IMG/VR virus record: IMGVR_UViG_3300017754_000846
Span: 1 to 54,603 of that record
Origin: a virus
Lineage: Duplodnaviria; Caudoviricetes
DNA: 54,603 nucleotides
Reading direction: 5' to 3' (one strand)
Shown in pieces: positions 1-10,195 of the stretch (positions are counted from its first letter, which is position 1; each line of letters starts with the position of its first letter). Below the pieces are notes generated by a model. The model ran no database searches and was not told the DNA's origin. It saw only the letters and a list, made by a program, of their open reading frames with translations. A program made the translations under genes and the position numbers.

Positions 1-2
1 GG

Positions 3-1628
3 AAATTCTTATCTGAGTATGCAGCTTTCTTAAATGAGCATACAGCTTGGTACCGTCCTATGTCACCAGACAAGGTAATGATGTGGCAACAAAAAATTGA
101 GGTAAGAAAAGGAGACAGAAAAGCTGAGGTAGGTCTTAAAGGAACTATACAAGGTATGTCTTTTGAAAAAGATCCTACTAATGGTGTAGGGGGACCGGTT
201 AAGTACTTCTTCCATGAAGAGGCCGGAATTGCTCCTAAGATGAATACTACCTTTGGATATATTAAGCCAGCACTTAAGTCAGGTTTAATTACTACAGGTA
301 TGTTTATTGCAGCAGGATCTGTAGGGGATTTGGATCAATGTGAGCCATTAAAGAAAATGATCCTTGAACCAGAGGGTAATGATATCTATGCAGTACAGAC
401 TGATCTTATAGATGAGAATGGTACAATAGGTATGTCAGGTTTATTTATTCCTGAGCAATGGTCAATGCCTCCATACATTGATGATTATGGTAACTCACTA
501 GTAGAAGAAGCTCTTAAAGCTTTAGATGAGTACTTTGAGAAATGTAAGAAAACAATGGATCCTGAAGATTATCAATTAGAGATATCTCAGCACCCAAGAA
601 ATATTGCAGAAGCTTTCAAACACAGAAAGGTTTCTAAATTCCCATCTCACTTAGTAACTGCACAGATTAAACGTATTGAAGAAAAAGAGTATGCATATGA
701 ATACTTAGATATCTTCCGTAATGAAACAGGTCAGGTAGCTGTTAAGGAAAGTAGAAAATTACCTATTGCAGAGTTTCCTATTAGTAAAAAGACAGAGGAT
801 AAAACTGGATGTCTTGTAGTATGGGAGAGGCCAGTTAAAGATCCTAGCTTTGGAATGTACTATGCATCTATTGACCCTGTGGCTGAGGGAAAGACAACTA
901 CCTCAGAATCACTATGTTCTATATATGTAATGAAAGCTCCTGTAGAAGTTACTAAGGTAACTATGGGAGAAACAGAAACTTATATTGAACAGGACAAGAT
1001 AGTAGCAGCATGGTGTGGCCGCTTTGATGATATCAAGCAAACACATGAGAGACTAGAGATGATCATTGAATGGTACAATGCCTGGACAGTAATTGAGAAC
1101 AATATATCACTCTTCATAGGTTATATGATTTCCAGAAAACGTCAGAGATACTTGGTACCTAAAGATCAGATAGTATTCTTGAAAGATCTTGGTGCCAACA
1201 AAAGTGTGTATCAGGATTACGGATGGAGAAATACCGGTGTATTATTCAAACATCACTTACTAAGTTATGTGATTGAGTATACTAAGGAAGAACTAGATAC
1301 TGTAACTAAGGACGATGGAACTATTGTAAAGACCCATTATGGTGTAGAAAGGATTCCGGATATCATGTTACTAAAAGAAATGCATGCATATGTAGATGGA
1401 CTCAACGTGGATAGACTAGTGGCATTCTCAGCACTTGTTGCTTTCATGAGAATACAGCAAGCAAATAGAGGATATACTAAGAGAGTCATCATGGATGATG
1501 CAAGTAAAAACTTGGAAAAGTCAAAAAATTTGTATAAATTAAATAGTAGTCCTTTTCGTAATATGGGAAAGGCTAGAAAAATCAATGGAGAGGTATTTAA
1601 GAAATCACCATTTAAAAACTTTAAATAA
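3..1628 (+). CDS. terL: Terminase large subunit (5'-truncated)
   Basis: Frame is open from position 3 (KFLSEYAAFLNEHTAWYRPM...). Walker B-like YFFHEEAG, coupling motif AAGSVG, RNase H-like nuclease motifs YYASIDPV, VIENN and NVDRLVAF. Lies directly upstream of the portal. Confidence 0.92.
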   Translation, partial: KFLSEYAAFLNEHTAWYRPMSPDKVMMWQQKIEVRKGDRKAEVGLKGTIQGMSFEKDPTNGVGGPVKYFFHEEAGIAPKMNTTFGYIKPALKSGLITTGMFIAAGSVGDLDQCEPLKKMILEPEGNDIYAVQTDLIDENGTIGMSGLFIPEQWSMPPYIDDYGNSLVEEALKALDEYFEKCKKTMDPEDYQLEISQHPRNIAEAFKHRKVSKFPSHLVTAQIKRIEEKEYAYEYLDIFRNETGQVAVKESRKLPIAEFPISKKTEDKTGCLVVWERPVKDPSFGMYYASIDPVAEGKTTTSESLCSIYVMKAPVEVTKVTMGETETYIEQDKIVAAWCGRFDDIKQTHERLEMIIEWYNAWTVIENNISLFIGYMISRKRQRYLVPKDQIVFLKDLGANKSVYQDYGWRNTGVLFKHHLLSYVIEYTKEELDTVTKDDGTIVKTHYGVERIPDIMLLKEMHAYVDGLNVDRLVAFSALVAFMRIQQANRGYTKRVIMDDASKNLEKSKNLYKLNSSPFRNMGKARKINGEVFKKSPFKNFK

Positions 1629-1633
1629 GGATT

Positions 1634-4384
1634 ATGCAAGTATATAACGCACTGCAACTCAAAAAGGGAGCAAAAGTAGAACATAACAGATTGGGCAGTA
1701 TAACCCAACCGTTGCAATTTTTGCCAAAGTCTGAAAAAGATGAGCAATGGGCTGCTTGGAACCTTGACTGGTTAGAATGGAATGGTCTTAAGCAGATCAA
1801 GAGAAATGCAAGAAGACTGATGAAAAATTACAAACTTGCAAAAGGAATCATTGATAAGACTGATTACATTGTAGAAGAAGACAATGACTATAGAGATATT
1901 ATTGAAACTCTTACTCAAGAAGATCAATCAGCTTTAGAGTTAAAGTTCTATCCTATTATACCTAATGTAGTTAATGTACTAGTAGCAGAATTTGCTAAGA
2001 GAAATACTAAGCTTACATATAGAGCTGTAGATGAATTCTCCTACAATGAAATGATGGAGCAAAAGAGAGCCATGGTAGAAGAAGTTCTTATGGCAGATGC
2101 TCAAACTAAAATACAAAGTGCACTTATGGAGCAAGGATTAGATCCTCAATCAGAAGAAGCACAACAACAATTAAGTCCAGATAACCTTAAGAGTTTACCA
2201 GAGATAGAGATGTTCTTCAAGAAAGATTACAGATCTATGGTAGAAGAATGGGCTAATCACCAACATAAAGTAGATGTTGAGAGATTCAAAATGGATGAGT
2301 TAGAAGAAAGAGGTTTCCGTGATATGCTTATTACTGACCGTGAGTTCTGGCACATGCGTATGATGGAGGATGACTATGAAGTAGAATTGTGGAATCCTGT
2401 ATTATGTTTTTATCATAAGTCTCCGGATGCAAGATATATTTCTCAATCAAACTGGGCTGGTAAAACAGATATGTTAACTGTAGCTGATGTTATTGATAGA
2501 TATGGTTACTTGATGACTGAAGAACAGATGGCAAGTCTTGAAGCAATTTATCCTATCAGATCCGCAGGTTACAATATCCATGGTACTCAGAATGACGGGA
2601 GTTTCTATGACGGGACCAAGTCACACGAGTGGAATACCAACATGCCATCTTTGGCAATGCGTCAATTCACTACTGCAGCTGCCAATAGTATTTATCAAGG
2701 AGGAGATATTGTTAATTACATCTTATCTGAAGGAGAGGACTATTATGATCAAGGAACTGCTTACTTGTTAAGAGTAACAACAGGTTACTGGAAATCACAA
2801 CGTAAAGTAGGTAACTTAACTAAGGTAGCTGATAATGGTGAGGTGACAACTGAATTGATCACTGAAGATTATAAGATTATAGACAAACCTATCTATGATA
2901 CTAGATTGTTCAAGAACAGAACTAAGGAGAACTTAGTGTACGGAGAACACATAGACTGGATATGGATTAATGAAGTATGGGGTGGTATTAAGATTGGACC
3001 AAATATTCCTTCTTTCTGGGGTATGAATAATCCAGGTGGATTCACTCCTATCTACGTAGGTATAGATAAACCTATGGTAGCTCCATTAAGATTCCAGTTC
3101 AAAGGTGATGCAAGTATCTATGGATGTAAACTTCCAATTGAAGGAGCTGTATTCTCAGATAGAAATACTAAGTCTACAGCACTTATTGATTTGATGAAAC
3201 CATATCAAATTGGATATAACATTGTAAATAATCAGATTGCTGATATCTTAGTAGATGAGTTAGGTACAGTAATCTTACTTGACCAAAATACATTACCAAG
3301 ACACTCATTAGGAGAAGACTGGGGGAAAGGTAACTTAGCTAAAGCTTATGTTGCTATGAAGAATTTCCAGATGTTACCTTTAGATACTTCTATTACTAAC
3401 ACTGAGAATGCACTTAACTTCCAGCATTTCCAAAAACTTGATCTAGAACAGACTCAAAGGTTAATGTCTAGAATCCAGTTAGCTAACTACTTTAAGCAAC
3501 AAGCTTATGAGGTTATTGGAGTTAACCCACAACGTATGGGTCAACAGATTGCACAACAAACAGCTACAGGTGTAGAACAGGCAGTTAATGCTTCTTATGC
3601 ACAGACAGAGACTTACTTTATTCAGCACTGTGATTATTTAATGCCAAGAGTACACCAAATGCGTACTGACTTAGCACAGTTCTATCATAGTACAAAGCCT
3701 TCATCACGTCTTACTTACATGACCACGGCTGATGAGAAAGTTAACTTTGAAGTACATGGGACAGATCTTATGCTTAGAGATATTAATATTTTCTGTACAA
3801 CTACAGCTAATAACAGAGCAATACTTGAGCAGTTAAAGTCTATGGCTTTACAAAACAATACTACTGGAGCTTCTGTATATGACTTAGGTAAGATTGTTCA
3901 GTCTGATTCTATTGCACAAATGAATCATGCTCTTAAAGAGTCTGAAGAGAAAATCAATAGACAAAAACAAGAAGAACAACAGCATGCTAAAGAAATGCAG
4001 GATCAAATGCTTGCATCACAAGAGAAGCAAAGACAAATGGATATCCAAGCTAAAGCTGAAGAACAAGATAAACAACTTCAAAACAATGTTGTTGTTGCTG
4101 AGATCAGAGCTGCTGGATACGGTGCTGCTGTGGATGTTAATCAGAATCAAATGTCTGACTATCAAGATGCTATGAAAGACATCAGACAGGAACAACAATA
4201 TCAAGATCAATCACAGTTAGAAAGATTAAAGGAGTCTAATAAACAGATGAACAATAATCAGAAGACACAGATGGAAAGAGAGAAGTTGCAGACTCAAAAA
4301 GAGATAGCAGATAAACAATTACAAATTGCTAGAGAGAATAAAAATAGATTTGATAAAGGTGGTTCAGATAAGAAGAAGAAGTAA
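1634..4384 (+). CDS. Portal protein (crAss-like)
   Basis: 916 aa between terminase and capsid genes. FYPIIPNVVNVLVAEFAKR, LIDLMKPYQIGYNIV and GVNPQRMGQ resemble crAss-like portals. Long Q/E/K coiled-coil C-terminal barrel. Confidence 0.88.
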   Translation: MQVYNALQLKKGAKVEHNRLGSITQPLQFLPKSEKDEQWAAWNLDWLEWNGLKQIKRNARRLMKNYKLAKGIIDKTDYIVEEDNDYRDIIETLTQEDQSALELKFYPIIPNVVNVLVAEFAKRNTKLTYRAVDEFSYNEMMEQKRAMVEEVLMADAQTKIQSALMEQGLDPQSEEAQQQLSPDNLKSLPEIEMFFKKDYRSMVEEWANHQHKVDVERFKMDELEERGFRDMLITDREFWHMRMMEDDYEVELWNPVLCFYHKSPDARYISQSNWAGKTDMLTVADVIDRYGYLMTEEQMASLEAIYPIRSAGYNIHGTQNDGSFYDGTKSHEWNTNMPSLAMRQFTTAAANSIYQGGDIVNYILSEGEDYYDQGTAYLLRVTTGYWKSQRKVGNLTKVADNGEVTTELITEDYKIIDKPIYDTRLFKNRTKENLVYGEHIDWIWINEVWGGIKIGPNIPSFWGMNNPGGFTPIYVGIDKPMVAPLRFQFKGDASIYGCKLPIEGAVFSDRNTKSTALIDLMKPYQIGYNIVNNQIADILVDELGTVILLDQNTLPRHSLGEDWGKGNLAKAYVAMKNFQMLPLDTSITNTENALNFQHFQKLDLEQTQRLMSRIQLANYFKQQAYEVIGVNPQRMGQQIAQQTATGVEQAVNASYAQTETYFIQHCDYLMPRVHQMRTDLAQFYHSTKPSSRLTYMTTADEKVNFEVHGTDLMLRDINIFCTTTANNRAILEQLKSMALQNNTTGASVYDLGKIVQSDSIAQMNHALKESEEKINRQKQEEQQHAKEMQDQMLASQEKQRQMDIQAKAEEQDKQLQNNVVVAEIRAAGYGAAVDVNQNQMSDYQDAMKDIRQEQQYQDQSQLERLKESNKQMNNNQKTQMEREKLQTQKEIADKQLQIARENKNRFDKGGSDKKKK

Positions 4385-4429
4385 CTAGCTATATAGTGCC
4401 AAAAATGAATTCTGAAAATACCTAGATTT

Positions 4430-4468
4430 TAAATTTTAGAAGTTTATTTGTATAATAATTTGTATATT
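4430..4468 (+). promoter_or_regulatory. 17-bp imperfect palindrome TAAATTT-tag-AAGTTTA plus TTTGTATATT promoter-like motif
   Basis: The same palindrome/TATATT arrangement recurs at 29071 and 35366. Intergenic, upstream of the scaffold/capsid genes. Confidence 0.55.
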
Positions 4469-4495
4469 AAAATAAATAACCAATATAAAACCAAC

Positions 4496-5728
4496 ATGAA
4501 TACAGAAGAAGAAAAAGCTCAAGATCTCACAACGGTGAGTCAAGTAGATGTTAACTTGGATGAGCTCTTTGGAATGCCTGGTGCAGAGAACATTATGACT
4601 CCTGAAGATGGCAAAGAACCAGAGAAGCCTAAGACTATGTTTACTAAAGAAGAAGTAGATGTATCGTTCATTGACAAACCTACAGATACAACAACTGTAG
4701 AACAGAAAGAAGAGATTAAGGAAACTATAGATGAACTTAATGATCTTATCACTCAAGAAGAGGATGCTGGTAATAAAGGCAGACCTAAAGTAGATAAGTC
4801 AGGTCTTTATGAGTTAGCTCAGAAAATGATTGAAGAGGGAAGCCTTTTTGCATTTGATGATGATAAACCATTAGAGGAATATACTACTAAAGACTTCAGA
4901 GAATTGTTTGAGGCAAACTTTGAAGAAAGAGAGAATAAGATTAAGGAATCAGCTCCGCAAGAATTCTTTAAAGCATTACCTGAAGAACTACAAGTTGCAG
5001 CTAAATATGTTGCAGATGGTGGTCAGGATCTTAAAGGATTATTTAGAACTCTTGCACATGTTGAAGAGATCTTTGAATTAGATCCAGCTGAAGAAGGTCA
5101 CCAAGCAGAGATTGCAAGACAGTATTTGTATGCAACAGGTTTTGGTACTCCAGAGGAAATTGAACAAGAGATCCAAGACTGGGATGAAATTGGTAAGCTT
5201 GAACAAAAAGCTAAGCAGTTTAAACCAAAATTAGATATGATGCAAGAAGAGATTGTATCTAGACAGTTAGCAGAACAAGAGCATAAGAAACAACAACAAG
5301 CTGCTCAAGCTAAAACTTATATGGATAATGTATACAATGTATTATCTGCAGGAGAGTTAGCAGGAGTAAAACTTGATAAGAAAGTTCAAGGGATGTTATA
5401 CTCAGGATTAGTACAACCTAACTATCCTTCTATCTCAGGTAAACCTACAAACATGTTGGGACATCTCTTAGAGAAGTATCAGTTTGTAGAACCAAGACAT
5501 GATCTGATTGCAGAAGCATTATGGTTATTAGCGGATCCAGCAGGATATAAGTCTAAGATCCAGGAACAAGGTGGTAAAGTAGCTACAGAAAAAGCAGTAA
5601 GAATGCTTAAGACTGAAGAGGCTAGAAAGATCACTTCTTCTAATGCTCAAGAAGATGAACCAACTACAAGAAAAACAACACAAAGAACTATCAGTAGAAA
5701 TACTGGTGGAAGTATATTTAAAAGATAA
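4496..5728 (+). CDS. Conserved acidic protein upstream of the capsid gene; putative scaffolding/head assembly protein
   Basis: Highly acidic N-terminus, helical/coiled-coil body, basic C-terminal tail, position between portal and MCP. ATG 4496 (after AAAACCAAC) is preferred over the track's TTG at 4448. Confidence 0.65.
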   Translation: MNTEEEKAQDLTTVSQVDVNLDELFGMPGAENIMTPEDGKEPEKPKTMFTKEEVDVSFIDKPTDTTTVEQKEEIKETIDELNDLITQEEDAGNKGRPKVDKSGLYELAQKMIEEGSLFAFDDDKPLEEYTTKDFRELFEANFEERENKIKESAPQEFFKALPEELQVAAKYVADGGQDLKGLFRTLAHVEEIFELDPAEEGHQAEIARQYLYATGFGTPEEIEQEIQDWDEIGKLEQKAKQFKPKLDMMQEEIVSRQLAEQEHKKQQQAAQAKTYMDNVYNVLSAGELAGVKLDKKVQGMLYSGLVQPNYPSISGKPTNMLGHLLEKYQFVEPRHDLIAEALWLLADPAGYKSKIQEQGGKVATEKAVRMLKTEEARKITSSNAQEDEPTTRKTTQRTISRNTGGSIFKR

Positions 5729-5754
5729 AATAATTATTAATTAACAAACAAACA

Positions 5755-7371
5755 ATGGCAACTCCAGTTTTAAACAATGGGATATTCCTACGTGATACAG
5801 CTTACCAAGCTTCTTCACACTTGGATTCATATCACCTTGTGAACATGTTGAAAGATGCAGAACCAATGGATTTAGGTCCGGTTGATCTTTGGGCAATGGC
5901 ACAAAAAGTAGAAATGCCTCTTTATCAGCTATCTAGCTTTGGAGGTAAGAACATTATTAATGTGGATAATGCACGCGGTGAATACCGTTGGCAAACTCCA
6001 GTATCTATTGACCTACCATATATCGTAGAAGATATTGAAGCTGAGAATGACTTCAAAGGTGTTGAGGGTACAACATTTAAAATTAAAATCAACAAACGTG
6101 AGTTTGGACATGGTGATATCATTACCTATGACAAATACAACGGTGTTGAGATGTACATTACAGCTGATGACATTTTACCTATTGGTGATGGATTCATCTA
6201 TACTGTACAATTGGTAAACAATGACAACTACAAATACTTGGATAACAAGTACTTGGCTAATGGTACAAAAGTTTTCCGTAAAGGTTCTGCACGTGGTGAG
6301 TATGGTGAAAGATTCTCTGACATCCAAACTAACACAGGTTTCCGTGAATTCTACAATTATGTAGGAGGTGCTGAAGCTCACGTACATTATTCAGTATCAT
6401 CTCGTGCTGACTTGATGATCAAAGGTGGAATGAATGCAGATGGTACAGTTCCTGTAACTGAGATCTGGCGTACATTTGATAAAAACATTGACCCTGCTGT
6501 ATCTTCTTTAGAAGACATGGTTAAGGTTATGGGTAAAGATAAAGTTAAAAAAGCATTTGATAACGGAGACTTATCACGTACTTTCTTGACTAACATGGAA
6601 GCTGCTCACTTAACTAAGATTGCTTCTGACATCGAGACTTACTTGATGTGGGGACATGGAGGTAGAGTACGTCAAGACGGACCAGATGATGTAAGATTGT
6701 CAGTGGGTCTTTGGAAACAGTTGGATAACTCTTTCAAAAGAATCTACAACAAAAACAACTTCACATTAGATTTATTCCGTGGAGAGATCTACAACTTCTT
6801 CAATGGTAAAGTTGAGTTCCAAGGACCAGATCCAAAACGTTCACTAGTTGTACAAACTGGTATGGGTGGTATGCGTATGGTTAATGAGGCAATTAAACGT
6901 GAGGCTATCTCTTCAGGTTTATTGATTCAGGCTGCTGATATCGGTGCTATCACAGGTAAAGGTATGGACTTGAACTTTGGATTTGCTTATACATCTTATG
7001 TTATTCCTTTCTTGGCTAACGTTAAGTTTGTATTGAATCCTGCATTTGACAACGTACATACTAATGATATTGAGAACCCTATCATTGATGGTTTCCCATT
7101 ATCTTCTTACTCATTCATTATTTTTGATATCACAGATAATACTAATGACAACATCTACATGTTGAAATTATCTTGGGATAATCAATTGAAATGGTGGTAC
7201 CAAAACGGAACAATGGATTACATGGGTCGTACTCAAGGATTCCAGTCTTCAGGACAGTTCAACGGATACCGTGTGATGATGTCTCAAACAATGCCAGCTA
7301 TCTGGGTTAAAGACCCTACTAAAGTGTTGAAAATTGTTATGAGAAACCCAATCACTGGTGGATCATTCTAA
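5755..7371 (+). CDS. Major capsid protein (crAss-like, HK97 fold)
   Basis: 538 aa with strongly biased, high-expression codon usage (CGT, AAC, TTC, ATC). YRWQ, VVQTGMGGM and IWVKDPTK resemble crAss-like MCPs. Followed by a terminator. Confidence 0.9.
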   Translation: MATPVLNNGIFLRDTAYQASSHLDSYHLVNMLKDAEPMDLGPVDLWAMAQKVEMPLYQLSSFGGKNIINVDNARGEYRWQTPVSIDLPYIVEDIEAENDFKGVEGTTFKIKINKREFGHGDIITYDKYNGVEMYITADDILPIGDGFIYTVQLVNNDNYKYLDNKYLANGTKVFRKGSARGEYGERFSDIQTNTGFREFYNYVGGAEAHVHYSVSSRADLMIKGGMNADGTVPVTEIWRTFDKNIDPAVSSLEDMVKVMGKDKVKKAFDNGDLSRTFLTNMEAAHLTKIASDIETYLMWGHGGRVRQDGPDDVRLSVGLWKQLDNSFKRIYNKNNFTLDLFRGEIYNFFNGKVEFQGPDPKRSLVVQTGMGGMRMVNEAIKREAISSGLLIQAADIGAITGKGMDLNFGFAYTSYVIPFLANVKFVLNPAFDNVHTNDIENPIIDGFPLSSYSFIIFDITDNTNDNIYMLKLSWDNQLKWWYQNGTMDYMGRTQGFQSSGQFNGYRVMMSQTMPAIWVKDPTKVLKIVMRNPITGGSF

Positions 7372-7383
7372 TATGTCAAAACT

Positions 7384-7413
7384 AGGGAGAGGGTTAAGGC
7401 TCTCTCCCTTTTT
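7384..7413 (+). terminator. Rho-independent terminator after MCP
   Basis: AGGGAGAGGG-ttaagg-CTCTCTCCCT hairpin followed by a T tract, 12 nt after the MCP stop. Confidence 0.85.
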
Positions 7414-7442
7414 ATTTTAATAACCAATAAAAACCAACAATT

Positions 7443-8456
7443 ATGAGTTACACACACATTGAAGTAACAAAAACAAACAAGTCTAGTGCTATTAGCATTA
7501 AACCTTATTTTGACAATTCAGCATCTAACATGGGATTAGAAAGTTATGGTCTATCTTTATTTGATGGAGTTAAGCACCATGAGCAGTTAGGATGTACTGA
7601 GAAAAATGGAGTAGTAAGATATCTTACTGGTCTAAATGAATTTGCTCCAGAGATTAAGTTAATCCGTGAGCCAGAAGCAAAAGAAGCAAAGATTAAAGAG
7701 ATCAGAACTGCAGTAGCTGAGTTAGAACAAGAGTTAGCAGCTAATGTAATTGATATTGATGATCCACATTTTTGGAATAAAGTAGTATTGTTAAAACCTG
7801 ATAATGGAGATTTCTGGAATAAGATATCTATATCATGTGGTAATGATCCTGTATTCCTAGACCCAAGTGATCCTTATGACAGAATCAAACTATATGCAAT
7901 TGAAAACGGAGGATTCTCTATTGTTGCAAGAAGTTATGATGATGCAAGATCAAAAGCTGTTCCACCTAAATTTTACTTAGATAAGGTTGAGGAGACAGTT
8001 ACTATTAAAACTGAATACAAAAAACTTAGAAATAAAGCACTTGCTGAGTTACAAAAATTGTTTGATAAGAACAGCACTAAGTTGTTATATGTTGCTAAGG
8101 CAGTAGATACAGCTAGTACACAGTACAAGAAAACAACACCAAATGATATCATCTATGATATGATGGATAGACATATCAACGGTGAAGGTACAGAAGGTAA
8201 CAAAGAAAGAGCTGCAAAAGGATTCTTAGAAGCTGCTGCAATGGACATGGAGTCATTAAAAATTAAAGCAATTGTTAAAGATTCCGTATTTTTTAAGTAT
8301 ATTATAAATAAGGCAGATGGACATATTTACCATGCATCATCAAGTACATTGATTGGTAGAAATGTTTCTGATGTTATTGAGTTCTTGAAGAATCCTATGA
8401 ATGAAGATATTTTAAAAGATCTTAACGGGAAAATTGAGAAGCTCTGGAATATGTAA
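7443..8456 (+). CDS. Conserved crAss-like protein downstream of MCP (function unknown)
   Basis: 337-aa ORF; FWNK...LDPSDPYD and KFYLD motifs; synteny typical of crAss-like head modules. Confidence 0.6.
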   Translation: MSYTHIEVTKTNKSSAISIKPYFDNSASNMGLESYGLSLFDGVKHHEQLGCTEKNGVVRYLTGLNEFAPEIKLIREPEAKEAKIKEIRTAVAELEQELAANVIDIDDPHFWNKVVLLKPDNGDFWNKISISCGNDPVFLDPSDPYDRIKLYAIENGGFSIVARSYDDARSKAVPPKFYLDKVEETVTIKTEYKKLRNKALAELQKLFDKNSTKLLYVAKAVDTASTQYKKTTPNDIIYDMMDRHINGEGTEGNKERAAKGFLEAAAMDMESLKIKAIVKDSVFFKYIINKADGHIYHASSSTLIGRNVSDVIEFLKNPMNEDILKDLNGKIEKLWNM

Positions 8457-8477
8457 TTTTTATAAACTATATAAGTC

Positions 8478-9089
8478 ATGACTAAGAAACCTAGAGTTAC
8501 TAGAAAACAAAAAAAAGCAGATGCTATGTATAAAGCAAATCCTACATGGGCTGCTGAAGATAACTACACACCAAAAATGAAAACTGGTGGTATGGTAAAT
8601 TCTAATGCTAAAGTATCTGCTGCTAAAGCTGCAACAGGTAAAGTAGGTGGAGTAAGTAAAGCAATTTCTAAAACTGCTGTTAACAGTGCATCTCCTAAAG
8701 GAAATGTAGGTGGTATATCTAAAGCTCCTACAAAAGCTTTACCAAAAGCACAATTAGGTGCAATCATTAAAACTGCTAAAACTGCAGGAAAAGCTATTAC
8801 TACTGCACAAAGAGATTTAAAGGCAGCTAATTATGTTAAACAACTTGATAAGGCAAGAGGAGTTAAAGCCACAGCAGAAGCAAAAAAAGTTAATACTCTT
8901 TCAAAAATTGCAAATGCTCCAGGAGGTAAAACAGTAATTGGAGGTACATTAGCTTCAGGTATAGCTGGTTTAAATAGACTAAGTACACCTGGTAATGCTA
9001 AAGTTGCTGGTAAAGGTATGGCTTCTAAAGTAGCTTCTAAAGCTAATAAGCAAAAGATGGGTGGTTCAATGAAAGGTAAATCTTGCTAA
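8478..9089 (+). CDS. Lys/Ala-rich basic protein (histone H1-like composition) with xxGG motifs
   Basis: 203 aa, almost no acidic residues; KMKTGG, KAQLGA, KQKMGG; internal repeat GKVGGVSKA/GNVGGISKA. Confidence 0.75.
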   Translation: MTKKPRVTRKQKKADAMYKANPTWAAEDNYTPKMKTGGMVNSNAKVSAAKAATGKVGGVSKAISKTAVNSASPKGNVGGISKAPTKALPKAQLGAIIKTAKTAGKAITTAQRDLKAANYVKQLDKARGVKATAEAKKVNTLSKIANAPGGKTVIGGTLASGIAGLNRLSTPGNAKVAGKGMASKVASKANKQKMGGSMKGKSC

Positions 9090-9100
9090 TACTTTAGATC

Positions 9101-9601
9101 ATGGGACTTATAAGTAATGTTAAAACTGCAGTTAAAGCTGGTAAAAAAGCCTATGATGCATCAAAGGTAGCCAGTGTTAAAAAAGCAGCTGATGCTGCGG
9201 CTGCCGCTAAAAAAGCAAAAGATGCTGCAGATTCAGCTAAGAAATTAGCTAAAGCAGATAAGATTATTGCCAGAAGTAAAAAAGTAAAAAAAACTGCTGC
9301 AGTAGCTGCTGTTAGTGGTGGAGCTGGTGCTTACGGTTATAAGAAAGTTACTGAAAAAGGAATGTCTGGTGCATCTAAAGGTACAGCAGCTAAAGTTGCA
9401 GGAAAAGCAATAGCTAAAGCTACAACAGAAAAACTTACACCAAGCTGGATGAAAAATGCTACAAGCAATAAGAAAAAGTTTGGAGGACCTGTAAATGTAC
9501 AACCTGGTAAACCTGGTAAGATCAGATCTTCTGAAGATCAAGGTTACACAGCTATTGGTAAAAGAGAACCTAGTAGAACTAGTTTTAAGAAAGGTAAATA
9601 G
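9101..9601 (+). CDS. Lys/Ala-rich basic protein
   Basis: 166 aa; KKAADAAAAAKKAKDAA, KKKFGG; shares AKVAGK and KGM segments with the upstream ORF. Confidence 0.72.
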   Translation: MGLISNVKTAVKAGKKAYDASKVASVKKAADAAAAAKKAKDAADSAKKLAKADKIIARSKKVKKTAAVAAVSGGAGAYGYKKVTEKGMSGASKGTAAKVAGKAIAKATTEKLTPSWMKNATSNKKKFGGPVNVQPGKPGKIRSSEDQGYTAIGKREPSRTSFKKGK

Positions 9602-9606
9602 TTATT

Positions 9607-9756
9607 ATGGCAACAACTAAGAAAGATAAGAATTGGATTCAAAAAGCAGTTAACCCTAAACACAAGGGTTACTGCACTCCAATGTCTAAACCAACTTGTA
9701 CACCAAAGAGAAAAGCTTTGGCAAGAACATTTAAAGCAATGGCTAAAAATAAGTAA
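9607..9756 (+). CDS. Small basic protein (49 aa), not in the ORF track
   Basis: MATTKKDKNWIQKAVNPKHKGYCTPMSKPTCTPKRKALARTFKAMAKNK; fills the gap between neighbours (5 nt after one stop, 1 nt before the next ATG); phage-like codon usage. Confidence 0.8.
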   Translation: MATTKKDKNWIQKAVNPKHKGYCTPMSKPTCTPKRKALARTFKAMAKNK

Positions 9757-9757
9757 G

Positions 9758-10183
9758 ATGGCAAAACAAATGCTTAAACGTAAAGATGGTAGTGTATCTC
9801 AAAGAGGTCTTTGGGATAATATCCGTGCTAATAAAGGTTCGGGTAAAGCACCCACTAAGGATATGCTTAAGCAGGAAAAAAAGATCAAAGCCACTACAAA
9901 AATGAAAACCGGAGGTTCTACTCCAGCTTGGACAAGAAAAGAAGGTAAGAATCCTACAGGAGGCCTTAATGCTAAAGGAGTAGCATCTTATAGAAGAGAA
10001 AACCCTGGTAGTAAATTGCAAACTGCAGTTACTACAAAACCTTCTAAGTTAGCTCCAGATAGTAAAGCAGCTAAGAGACGTAAGTCTTTTTGTGCTAGAA
10101 TGTCTGGAATGCCAGGACCTATGAAGGATGAAAAAGGAAGACCTACAAGAAAAGCTCTTTCTTTAAGAAAATGGAATTGTTAA
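9758..10183 (+). CDS. DUF6321-like small basic phage protein with an N-terminal extra module
   Basis: PAWTRKEGKNPTGGLNAKGVASY...RRKSFCARMSG...SLRKWNC matches my recollection of DUF6321. The N-terminal GLWDNIRA module is separated from it by KMKTGG. Confidence 0.72.
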   Translation: MAKQMLKRKDGSVSQRGLWDNIRANKGSGKAPTKDMLKQEKKIKATTKMKTGGSTPAWTRKEGKNPTGGLNAKGVASYRRENPGSKLQTAVTTKPSKLAPDSKAAKRRKSFCARMSGMPGPMKDEKGRPTRKALSLRKWNC

Positions 10184-10195
10184 AAATTATATATC

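Noticed and set aside
4448-4495. TTG start for the scaffold gene
   Set aside because: The extension runs through the promoter and leader motifs; ATG 4496 is more plausible.
3-7371. Introns, inteins or homing endonucleases in terminase, portal or MCP
   Set aside because: Frames are continuous, sizes are ordinary, and no intein splice or LAGLIDADG/HNH motifs were seen. The truncated terminase N-terminus cannot be assessed.
8508-9293. A-runs as programmed frameshift sites
   Set aside because: Explained by Lys codons in Lys-rich proteins; no alternative-frame extension or stimulatory structure is evident.
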